This document shows positions 21,301 through 29,026 of a DNA stretch of 64,000 nucleotides, piece by piece (the first letter of the stretch is position 1; each line of letters opens with the position of its first letter). The DNA comes from an uncultured Bdellovibrionales bacterium. GTDB lineage: Bacteria; Pseudomonadota; Alphaproteobacteria; Micavibrionales; SZUA-601. The notes below the pieces were generated by a model, which did not search any database, was not told the DNA's origin, and saw only the letters and a program-made list of their open reading frames with translations. The DNA is taken from NCBI GenBank assembly GCA_964496065.1, contig CAZBXD010000001.1:10437-74436 (forward strand), read 5' to 3'. A program made the translations under genes and the position numbers.

Positions 21301-23518
21301 CTGTGTCGTTATCCCCATCCGTTGCGATAAAGCGAAATGAAACATCAATCGCGTCATTGCTGTCATTTGTATCGGGATGATCCAGGGGTAGCTCTTGAAC
21401 AAACTCATAAGACCCATCTGGGTTAATTGTTGCTGTAAAGACAACGTTGCCGCCTGGCTTTGTTGCCGTATAGGTGTTAGCCCCATCAAAAGCAATGCTC
21501 ACGGGCTGACCATCAGAGAAAAGTGACACGCTGGTTGTGATTGTGTTGGTTGGTTTAATTTCACCACCATCCGCGCCGAAATCAGTCGGAATAGTCCCAT
21601 TAAGAGCTGTTCCAAGATCGGTTGTTTCATCAACAGTTTCTGTTTGATCCTGAACAATAGGGGTGTCGTCAATAACTTGCAGATCAATTTGACCATTGGC
21701 TGTGTCACCATCGCTATCTGTTGCAACAAATTGCACAGGGATGTCAATGAGACTGTCCGCAGCACCGCCTGGTGCATCATGGTCAAGAGGTTGAAGCAGT
21801 TCAAACGTATATGTATAGGTTTCTTCCGTACCATTTGTCACGGGTGTTGGATCAAGTGTAACAGTGAAAACGGGGTCATTGCTGGCATCAAAGGCTGTGA
21901 CAACAAGACCATCTGGAGAGACTTGGTAGGTCAAAGCATCCCCTTGCGATGTCAGGCCAAGAGCATCAAGGCCGTCTGTTGTCAGGGCGATTGATCCGGG
22001 TGCATCACTAAAGAAGTCAACAGTAATTGTCCCATCAACTGTATCTGAGCCTGGGATTGTTAAATCATCTTCGTCTAAGACGGCTGGACCAGAAACCAAA
22101 ATGACTTCCGGTACGTCATCACTGAGTGTCACTTGGAATGTTTGTTCATCAACAGCGAGGTTATTTGTCAAAAGAAGTTCTTGATCAAACTCAACCTCTT
22201 CGGCTGCTGCTGTAAAGGTCACAGTTGCTGGGCCGCCGAAATCACTGCTGTTCCACACGCCTGGATTAAATTCAAGCGTGCCATCAAAGCCAGCGCCAAC
22301 AGTAACAGTATATGTTACTGTTCCGTCTGGTTGGTTCGCTGGCGTTGCACTTAGACCATCATCAGAAAGCAGTGACCACTGCTGAGGCACACCAGTAACA
22401 ACGATTGTGTGTAGTTCTGATCCGTCATTATCAAAAAAGTCGATATCAACATTAAATTTAACATTTTGACCGTCTGCGCCAGAAACGGCTGTCGCAGAGA
22501 TTGAGCCATCTGCAAGTTCAACGGTACCATCGACCTCTGGTTTATCAGCCACAGCATCAATAATCGCGGTTGCTGGTTCTGTTAAAATAGCTATTTCATT
22601 TGTGTCTGGGTCACGGGTTTCAAGGTTAACAGTGACGGTAAAGTCATTATCACTGTTTGCCTGAGGCAGCATGAAGATGCTTTGCGTGCCGAGTGTTGCT
22701 GATGTGATATCCACTTCGCCACCAGTAACAGTTAATTCGGTAAAACTCCCTGGAACACCAGGGGTGCCGATAAAAACACGAACACCAGTAGGAATGTCAG
22801 CGATATTAATTGCATCAACAACATCATTGTCACCAGCTGGGGGTGTATAATTAATAACCAATTGCATAGGAAATTCTGTGAAATCAGCAACATGCTGATT
22901 TGGCTGCCAGTCTTCAAAACCACCGGCAACACCAGAAGCAAAGGGTGTAAAGAATTCAGGAATAAATGTTCCTGGCCCATCTTCACCATCAAATTCTTCT
23001 TGCTCAAATGTAGAGAAGGCCAGGGTTGTAAAGGGAAGTGGCGGAAGATTATCAAGGAGGTCAATAACGTTGCCAAGGTCATCATCATAAGAGAATTGAC
23101 CTTCACCACCAGCCCCTGGGCCAGCGGCTGTTTCAAGATTGAACACGTCAGTCGACGGGTCTTGCAGTTGGGCAACAACAATATCACCGGCAAGGATCGT
23201 TCCATCAGACAGCATAATCGTCGGTATAGGGGAAACTTCGGCAAAATCACCAAGGATCAGCTGAGTACCATCTGTAAAGTTGAAGACAAGATCACCATTT
23301 TCAAGGCTTAGATTGGCGTCATTCGGATCAAAAGAAATCGCATAAGTCGCATTCGGATCGGTTTCAAGTGCAATGCGTCCTGTATCTGGCTTTGCCAAGA
23401 TTGTTGCATTGTTTGGAATTTGGATGGTGTTTTCAACATTCCCGAGTGGGCCCGTTGTCGTTGTTTCAGTAAAACCGTCCGTGTTTGAAGTATTTGTATT
23501 GTTTTCGAACTCAGCCAT
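18308..23518 (-). CDS. giant type I-secreted repeat adhesin (LapA-like, 1736 aa)
   Basis: Uninterrupted 1736-codon ORF that is acidic and Thr/Asp/Gly-rich, with no Sec signal. It has an N-terminal globular region followed by TAAG, four ~140-aa repeats ending in LDH...DGD...DD-x-P, two VCBS-like segments (TQVEAPxGTIVTFA...YTYT) and a C-terminal non-cleaved secretion-signal-like tail. Confidence 0.9.
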   Translation of the reverse strand: MAEFENNTNTSNTDGFTETTTTGPLGNVENTIQIPNNATILAKPDTGRIALETDPNATYAISFDPNDANLSLENGDLVFNFTDGTQLILGDFAEVSPIPTIMLSDGTILAGDIVVAQLQDPSTDVFNLETAAGPGAGGEGQFSYDDDLGNVIDLLDNLPPLPFTTLAFSTFEQEEFDGEDGPGTFIPEFFTPFASGVAGGFEDWQPNQHVADFTEFPMQLVINYTPPAGDNDVVDAINIADIPTGVRVFIGTPGVPGSFTELTVTGGEVDITSATLGTQSIFMLPQANSDNDFTVTVNLETRDPDTNEIAILTEPATAIIDAVADKPEVDGTVELADGSISATAVSGADGQNVKFNVDIDFFDNDGSELHTIVVTGVPQQWSLLSDDGLSATPANQPDGTVTYTVTVGAGFDGTLEFNPGVWNSSDFGGPATVTFTAAAEEVEFDQELLLTNNLAVDEQTFQVTLSDDVPEVILVSGPAVLDEDDLTIPGSDTVDGTITVDFFSDAPGSIALTTDGLDALGLTSQGDALTYQVSPDGLVVTAFDASNDPVFTVTLDPTPVTNGTEETYTYTFELLQPLDHDAPGGAADSLIDIPVQFVATDSDGDTANGQIDLQVIDDTPIVQDQTETVDETTDLGTALNGTIPTDFGADGGEIKPTNTITTSVSLFSDGQPVSIAFDGANTYTATKPGGNVVFTATINPDGSYEFVQELPLDHPDTNDSNDAIDVSFRFIATDGDNDTAAGDLKITILDDGPATESIETVILDETDGLSQTTSGIVPHAFGEDGAGSVEPSDNFNATGSVAGPNLTSGGEEVTVTLVGDTYTGETAGGNVIFTMTINDDGSYDFEIFEPLDHADGSNPDDVINLNFEYQVVDNDGDTVTGEVTVPIRDDAPVAVDDTALIPEGSNTANGNVIDNDEVGEDVEGSLTQVEAPDGTIVTFAADGQTDADGTFIEVDGDYGTLKIYEDGEYTYTVDPNAPTTGAPTTVGLPDGGTAAEMELSWDGVDLYAFDFGTSFTDGANVLNLGNADDTITFTSRGIGVEGGQPELTVPDQVNYDPNAENSQAIAIDLQNETNGTKVTFSNLFNDEQDGEFGEWFAFDSNGNLVDSGTFGTTDVDYIDNNVGSITVDAAGDYQTLVFQALPYGGTNPNGSTTDSSDYFIRSIEIQNSEVLKDRFEYTMQDFDTDTDTAVLEVCIENGEPFVPVDVENRVDETFIEQTVSEVIIVDGATSFALGTVDGNLEYNSGGSQLNGNLTSNGVAVAVALVGGQIVGTAGGEDIFTLDLNNDGTYTFTLLGTLDHADGNYANDVINLNFTYTAENQFGQAVEGNISIDVLDDIPVPCPDHNVFTGNSTDGNVLTGAGSVDPSVAGDSYGEDGPGGITQVEAPNGTIVTFADDAQVDAKGVFIEVTGDNGLLKLYENGDYTYTLENKSLECAELHLGDVHLTSGQDTITDNGIAVSVVIGDNLSFWDGGVTHGSGVGINSTLHSTPKVYNGEKLSVKFDKPSELVELTVGDIGQNNAGDGIDIKVFYNETEYVAIEVQMPSTIPSDGLYSFSIDAAELGLESIYEVHMFNGYGYGNLPDTSFVLNDVKSYCACPSSDEFVYTIEDYDGDARSTTLTVEATDPDTSASTIYGSTTGSGNVLLESDVLGDVFYNEAANSLDVSELLVSSSYEPGVSDVADYLQIDSGTGDVHLDITGTGNFSGSNVIATVESGSTFDTINVVLNDDEGDIPVQIV
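19505..19918 (-). repeat. fourth copy of the ~140-aa adhesin repeat, residues ~1201-1338
   Basis: DGTYTFTLLGTLDHADGNYANDVINLNFTYTAENQFGQAVEGNISIDVLDDIP aligns with the three upstream units. Confidence 0.6.
20843..22108 (-). repeat. three tandem ~130-150-aa adhesin repeats (T1SS-143-repeat-like), residues ~471-892
   Basis: Each unit carries x-Y-x-F-x-(L/F)-x-(P/T)-LDH, then F-x-(A/V)-x-D-x-D-G/N-D-T-x-x-G and a terminal DD-(T/G/A)-P boundary. Confidence 0.6.
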
Positions 23519-23743
23519 TAGATATGTTTCCCTATATATTAATGTTCAAATGTGCCTTAAAACGAGTGTAGTGGGCGCACAAACCCCAAAATGAAAATAT
23601 GCGCTATTCTGTAAAATTTTAGACGTTTTTACTAGCTTATTTTTTCAAAAAACTATATAATTATGTATGATTTATATCATAATTTATGTAAAATTATTAC
23701 GTAAATTAAATATGTGCTTTGTAAAACAAAGGATTCGCGTCAT

Positions 23744-24376
23744 ATGATCCAAGAAGATTTTTTGTCCACCCAGCCGAAACCGCGCATTGTACAGTATAAT
23801 AAACGCCGTTTTGCGATCCGTCTCGAAAGTGTTTTTTGGCGTTTTCTTGAGCGGATTGCTAATGAACGCAAAATTCGCTTGGGACGTCTGATTCATGAAT
23901 TATCAGCAGGGAATAGGGGAAAGAATCTGTCTTCTTATATTCGCTCTTACTGTATGGTGGAGGCGGAGAGGGAGTTAATGCAAGAGCATCTCTCGCTGAT
24001 TGGGACGGATGCGATTGATATTTTGAAAAGCTGCCCTGTGCCGGGCTTTATCCTGTCGCATGATCTTAAAATCCTTGATTATAATGGTGCTCTTGTTCAG
24101 TGGCTTGGTAATACGGTTACCGGTGGTATTCGCCAGGCAACATTGACCGATATATTTGACCCACGTGTCACACGACCTGTAGCCGAGACTATGAAGATGA
24201 TGCAAGATGGTAAACTCAAGCAAACCCAGATGCAGCTGGTGCAAAGCCTGATAGGGCGTCCATCACGCTCAGCGCGCTCAACATGGTTGGCACTGATGCC
24301 ACCAAAGACCACGAATTTTTACTGTCTTGTTTGGTTGGTTTCAGGACCAGCGTTGCCAATAGGACGCATTCGTTAA
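23744..24376 (+). CDS. ribbon-helix-helix (RHH_4-type) DNA-binding domain fused to a PAS-like domain
   Basis: KRRFAIRLESVFWRFLERIANERKIRLGRLIHEL...NLSSYIRSYCM matches the RHH_4 pattern. The C-terminal ILKSCPVPGFILSHDLKILDYNGALVQWLG is PAS-like. The ATG at 23744, preceded by AAAGGA, is preferred over the GTG at 23714. Confidence 0.7.
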   Translation: MIQEDFLSTQPKPRIVQYNKRRFAIRLESVFWRFLERIANERKIRLGRLIHELSAGNRGKNLSSYIRSYCMVEAERELMQEHLSLIGTDAIDILKSCPVPGFILSHDLKILDYNGALVQWLGNTVTGGIRQATLTDIFDPRVTRPVAETMKMMQDGKLKQTQMQLVQSLIGRPSRSARSTWLALMPPKTTNFYCLVWLVSGPALPIGRIR

Positions 24377-24480
24377 CAAAATGAGCCTGCTAAGGTATTC
24401 ATTCTTGACGAGAATTGATTTCATGTCCCATACTTATGGCACATTCTTTTCAAAATTCTTTCATAATGAGAGGAAAACAC

Positions 24481-25695
24481 ATGCGCTCTTACCTATCCCT
24501 TACTTTCGGTGTGTTGATGATGCTTCCTTTGTCGGCGCAGGCACAACTCAGCAAACATGATCAATCAATTGCCAATCATGGCTATTCAATTCCTGTCATT
24601 GTGCACGAAACGCCTGTTCTTTCCAAACCTGGGCAAACATTGCGTGATGATGTAGACCGGGGTATGACAGCGACACCACCTGTGGCGGTTCCGTCACCTG
24701 TCATGACACCAGAAGTGGTGGCGCCTGTTCCCTCCCTTCCGCCAGCGATGCCCCCGGCAAAAAGCCCAGAAGCAGATATAGAGCAAAAAACGCAAAAAAA
24801 AACGCTAGAAACTGAGCCAGATGTTTCTGTGTTAGAAATTCTTGCCAAAAATGCTTTAGCCGAGGGTCAAAAGGCAAAAGATTTTTCACTTATGGGTGCA
24901 TCTGGAAAAACTGTTAACCTTTTTAAAGAGTTACAAAAGGGCCCTGTTGTTCTTATATGGTATCGTGGCGGTTGGTGTCCGTATTGTAACTTGCAACTTC
25001 GTTCTTTTCAAAAAGAACTTGATACTCTTAAGGCTGCTGGAGCACAGCTGATCGCAATTAGCCCAGAGCTCCCAGATAACTCTATGACAACGGCACAAAA
25101 AAACGCACTGACCTTTCATGTTTTGAGTGATACAAATAATGCAGTAGCACAAGAATATGGGTTGGTTTACACCGCGCCCGATGATTTAAAAGAAAAGCTC
25201 CCTGGTCTTGATTTAAGACAGCATAACGGCACCAAGGGGCGGGAATTGCCACTTACGGCAACATATGTTGTTGATCGTGATGCAACAATTCAATATGCGA
25301 TGATTACTCCTGATTACAAAGAGCGAGCTGAACCAGCTGATGTTATTTCCGTTTTGGGGGATATCAATGCGCGTGAGTCTGTTCGTAAATCGCGTATTCG
25401 CCAGGCAATGGAACGCGAAGCTCAGAAAGTCGATCACCAAAATCAAATGAATATTCCTGTTCAAACGATCCCGCAAGAAAAAGAGGATATGAAAGAAAAA
25501 GCCATTCAAGTAAAAGGTAAAACAGTTTCTCGGGTTGAAAAATTAGAAGAAACTGTAACGATTAAACTGCCTGACTCGTATACAAAAGAAATTCCTCTCA
25601 AGCCGATCGTGACTCTTCCACCAGAAGGTGTTGAACCAGAAACAACTTTGGAAGTTCGTGCTCGTGAAGAAGGCTTAATTCCGGAAACTTATTAG
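24481..25695 (+). CDS. secreted AhpC/TSA-type redoxin with Pro-rich N-terminal and long C-terminal extensions
   Basis: Signal peptide MRSYLSLTFGVLMMLPLSAQA. The thioredoxin-fold core is VVLIWYRGGWCPYCNLQLRSFQ. The ORF track start at 24415 is rejected in favour of the ATG at 24481. Confidence 0.8.
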   Translation: MRSYLSLTFGVLMMLPLSAQAQLSKHDQSIANHGYSIPVIVHETPVLSKPGQTLRDDVDRGMTATPPVAVPSPVMTPEVVAPVPSLPPAMPPAKSPEADIEQKTQKKTLETEPDVSVLEILAKNALAEGQKAKDFSLMGASGKTVNLFKELQKGPVVLIWYRGGWCPYCNLQLRSFQKELDTLKAAGAQLIAISPELPDNSMTTAQKNALTFHVLSDTNNAVAQEYGLVYTAPDDLKEKLPGLDLRQHNGTKGRELPLTATYVVDRDATIQYAMITPDYKERAEPADVISVLGDINARESVRKSRIRQAMEREAQKVDHQNQMNIPVQTIPQEKEDMKEKAIQVKGKTVSRVEKLEETVTIKLPDSYTKEIPLKPIVTLPPEGVEPETTLEVRAREEGLIPETY

Positions 25696-27104
25696 GGTTT
25701 AAAAATTACATTTGGATTCATGATGCCTTGGGGGTCAAGCGATTTTTTGATTTGACGCATCAAATTAATTTCAATTTCCGATTTTCGTAGAGCAAGCTCT
25801 TCTCGCTTAAAAGTGCCAACCCCATGTTCGGCAGCGATTGACCCGCCTAACTTAACGACAATATCGTGAACTTTATGGTTAATATTATCCCACTGGGCAA
25901 CAAAGGCATCACGGTCCATACCCTCTGGTTGGGTCAAATTGAAATGAAGATTCCCATCGCCGAGATGTCCGAAGGGGATAGGACGAATCCCCGGAACCAT
26001 TTCAGTGACACAAGCGGTGGCGCGTTCTAGAAATTCTGGAATTGTAGAAATAGGTACTGCAATATCATGTTTGATTGATCCCCCTTCAAGACGCTGGGCT
26101 TCAACAATTGCTTCACGAATATACCAAAGCTGTTCGCGTTTAGACTCATTATCGGCAAGGGTTGCATCCTCAATCAAGCCCTCGTCATATCCCTGTGCTA
26201 AAAGTTTTTCGATATCATGACGAAAAGCGTCATTATCACTGCCGCTGCGTAGATCGGCCATGATATACCAGGGATATCTGCGTGCTAGCGGGTCAACAGT
26301 CGCCGGGAGATGTTTAAGCGCAAGATCAATACCCAAACGGGGAATGATTTCAAAAGCCATAATACGATCTGACGCTACTTCCCGACAACGAGAGAGGAGT
26401 TCAATCGATTGTTGTGGTGTATTAAGACCAGCAAAAAAAGTCTCACGGCGAACTGGTTTTGGAAAAAGTTTTAAAACAGCCGCGGTAATAATCCCTAAAG
26501 TACCCTCTGATCCGATGAAAATATGTTTGAGATCATAACCTGAATTATCCTTCCGTAATCGGCGCAAACCATGCCAAATTTCGCCATTTGGTAAAACAAC
26601 TTCTAACCCCAAAACTAAATCTCGAGTATTGCCGTAACCAATTGTCAGCATACCACCGGCATTACTGGCAATATTGCCGCCGATTTGGCAACTGCCTTCT
26701 GCCCCCAAGGAAAGAGGAAAATAGCGATCATTTTTTTCTGCTAATTTTTGTAGATCAGCCAAAATGAAGCCAGCCTCAACCGTGACAGAAAAATTATATG
26801 GGTCAATTTCTCGTAAATGATTAAGTCGTGAAAGATTAAGGATTAGGGCTTTATCATCATAGGCAATCGATCCACCAACAAGAGACGTATTACCGCCTTG
26901 TGGGACGATGGGAATATTATGTTCCACACAATGCTTAACAACATCAGCAACTTCACGGGTATTTTTTGGTTTCGCCACGGCTAAAGCTTGACCAATATAA
27001 CGCCCCCGATATTCACAAATATAAGGGGTAAGGGCATCACTATCTGTTATGACATACTGATCACCGAGACATTTTTTTAGTTTTTTAAGGAAGGCGTTTG
27101 TCAT
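25692..27104 (-). CDS. FAD-binding oxidoreductase (GlcD / D-2-hydroxyacid dehydrogenase family)
   Basis: FAD-binding PCMH-type N-terminus (PQGGNTSLVGGS), C-terminal GGSIAAEHGVG and DPQGIMNP. Confidence 0.9.
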   Translation of the reverse strand: MTNAFLKKLKKCLGDQYVITDSDALTPYICEYRGRYIGQALAVAKPKNTREVADVVKHCVEHNIPIVPQGGNTSLVGGSIAYDDKALILNLSRLNHLREIDPYNFSVTVEAGFILADLQKLAEKNDRYFPLSLGAEGSCQIGGNIASNAGGMLTIGYGNTRDLVLGLEVVLPNGEIWHGLRRLRKDNSGYDLKHIFIGSEGTLGIITAAVLKLFPKPVRRETFFAGLNTPQQSIELLSRCREVASDRIMAFEIIPRLGIDLALKHLPATVDPLARRYPWYIMADLRSGSDNDAFRHDIEKLLAQGYDEGLIEDATLADNESKREQLWYIREAIVEAQRLEGGSIKHDIAVPISTIPEFLERATACVTEMVPGIRPIPFGHLGDGNLHFNLTQPEGMDRDAFVAQWDNINHKVHDIVVKLGGSIAAEHGVGTFKREELALRKSEIEINLMRQIKKSLDPQGIMNPNVIFKP

Positions 27105-27106
27105 AT

Positions 27107-28093
27107 TTATTCACGATCATCAGTTGCAGCACGCTGCAAGCGGTCATTAATTGCTAAACCTATTCCGGTTTCAGGGATATTCATTACAGCAATTACCTTA
27201 GCGCCAACTTTGTCCAAATCACGCATATATGAGAAAAGATGATTGGCCGCTTCATGCAAATCTCCCTCAGGCGACAGATTTTTCAAGAAGTTTGAGGGCA
27301 TATCGTTAGCGCTACCAAATTCTTCATGTGCCATAAAGTGGATATTACCGAAGGCTAGTAAAGCTTCGTCTTTTTTGACATCTACCGCGTTAAGACGTAA
27401 AGGGGTTTGGGTAGCATAGTGTTTTTGTAATTGTCCGGGTGATTTGACTTTACCACTTCCTCCAAGATGAATTGTACCAATAATAGGGGCTAAATCATCA
27501 ATTGTGATGGCACCAGGACGTAAGATAGTTGGTTTATCTGTACTCAAATCTAAGATTGTTGATTCGAGACCAATATCGGATCGCCCCCCGGCAAGGATAA
27601 ATGGCGCCTCTTCCCCAAAACTATCTGCAACATGAAAGGCAGAGGTAGAGCTTGTGGCACCAGAGCGATTGGCACTGGGAGCAGCAATAGGGACACCAGA
27701 ATTTTTAATAAATTCCTGAGCGATTCTATATGAAGGGATACGCAGAGCAACAGTATCTAGCCCTGCCGTTGTAATATCAGGGATATAAAAAGGACAGTTT
27801 TTACATCTTGATAAGATAAGGGTTATCGCTCCTGGCCAAAAATTTTCTGCCACTATGCGAGCACGATCATTGAAAACAGCAATTTTTTCTGCCATTTCAA
27901 GGTCTGAAACATGAATAATAAGAGGGTTAAACGTTGGACGGTTTTTTAACGCATAAATTTTTGCTACTGCTTCAATATTTGTTGCATTCGCGCCCAGCCC
28001 ATAGACAGTTTCTGTTGGGAAAGCAACAAGTTCTCCCGATTTAATCAGGTTGGCGGCTTCGGCAATTGTTTCTGGGGTTGCATTTTTGATCAT
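27107..28093 (-). CDS. tsaC: L-threonylcarbamoyladenylate synthase (Sua5/YwlC/TsaC long form)
   Basis: FPTETVYGLGANA, IAAPSANRSG, plus the C-terminal Sua5 domain. Length is 328 aa. Confidence 0.92.
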   Translation of the reverse strand: MIKNATPETIAEAANLIKSGELVAFPTETVYGLGANATNIEAVAKIYALKNRPTFNPLIIHVSDLEMAEKIAVFNDRARIVAENFWPGAITLILSRCKNCPFYIPDITTAGLDTVALRIPSYRIAQEFIKNSGVPIAAPSANRSGATSSTSAFHVADSFGEEAPFILAGGRSDIGLESTILDLSTDKPTILRPGAITIDDLAPIIGTIHLGGSGKVKSPGQLQKHYATQTPLRLNAVDVKKDEALLAFGNIHFMAHEEFGSANDMPSNFLKNLSPEGDLHEAANHLFSYMRDLDKVGAKVIAVMNIPETGIGLAINDRLQRAATDDRE

Positions 28094-28097
28094 CGGA

Positions 28098-28973
28098 TTA
28101 AATATCGAAGTAATCTTCTAAAACTGTATTAACGGCTGCACCAATAAGGATGGCATAGGCGGTAAGAAAAAACCAAAACATCAAAATGATAATTGCGCTA
28201 AGCGGGCCATAAATATTGTTAAGGGAGGGGAAAAAATCAACAAAAGCTGAAAAACCGATACTTAGTGAGAGCCATAGAACCGTTGAAACGCCAGCGCCAA
28301 CCATCATTGAAAACCAGCGTTTTGGTATTCGATTAGGTCCATATCGAAACAACAGGACAAGACCGAACCAGATAGTCCCGCCAAGAACCAGCCAGCGAAT
28401 ATATCGCACTTGTGCAGCGATAATATCAGGTAAATGTAAAAGGTTAATCAGGATAGGAATAGCAACAATTGTGAAAATAGCGGCAGCCATTGTTGCAATT
28501 GCCCCAACAGTAAAAACATAAGCAAGAGCATTCCGCCGCAACCATTTTCGACTTTCTTTAACCTTATACACAAGGTTCATGGCGGCTAACATTGCCTTGA
28601 TCCCCCGAGCGGCGGAGAAAAATGTTATCAGCAAACCAAAAACCATGGCTATGCTCAAATGATGGTTTGATTGGGTGGCAATTTCATTAAGTTGTGTGTT
28701 CAAAATGGAATAAGCTTCAGCAGGAAAGAATCGTTTTGCAAACTCAAGCTGGGTTTTAACATCACTGATATCTGCCATTAAGCCATACAGAGAAACAAGG
28801 GCTGTCATCGCTGGAAAAATTGATAAAAGAGAATAAAAGGCAACACCCCCTGCGAGGAACGAAATATTCTCCGCTGTAATATGCTGTCTGATACGATTAA
28901 GCAGAATAAGAAATGTTCCCAAAATAGGGATATTTTCGATTACTTCTTCTATATGTTTGATTAGGCTTGTCAT
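28098..28973 (-). CDS. YihY/BrkB family inner membrane protein
   Basis: Multi-TM protein with the LAGGVAFYSLLSIFPA motif characteristic of YihY. Confidence 0.88.
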   Translation of the reverse strand: MTSLIKHIEEVIENIPILGTFLILLNRIRQHITAENISFLAGGVAFYSLLSIFPAMTALVSLYGLMADISDVKTQLEFAKRFFPAEAYSILNTQLNEIATQSNHHLSIAMVFGLLITFFSAARGIKAMLAAMNLVYKVKESRKWLRRNALAYVFTVGAIATMAAAIFTIVAIPILINLLHLPDIIAAQVRYIRWLVLGGTIWFGLVLLFRYGPNRIPKRWFSMMVGAGVSTVLWLSLSIGFSAFVDFFPSLNNIYGPLSAIIILMFWFFLTAYAILIGAAVNTVLEDYFDI

Positions 28974-29026
28974 GTCTATGGGTTATGACATAAAACGGGG
29001 ATGGTTCCAATAGGGCGATTAATTAA

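Noticed and set aside
18436-23311. Many 60-173-aa ORFs in other frames or antisense within the adhesin gene (for example 22732-23253, 22862-23311, 19325-19780, 20102-20524 and 21100-21495).
   Set aside because: All lie inside one uninterrupted 1737-codon frame with clear repeat and domain logic. Their translations are low-complexity Leu/Met/Gln- or Cys/Ile-rich strings, typical of off-frame reading of a compositionally biased gene.
24437-24452. TGGCAC-N5-TTTCA as a sigma-54 promoter for the redoxin gene.
   Set aside because: The -12 GC dinucleotide, nearly invariant in functional sigma-54 promoters, is TC here. It is retained only as a note inside a low-interest finding.
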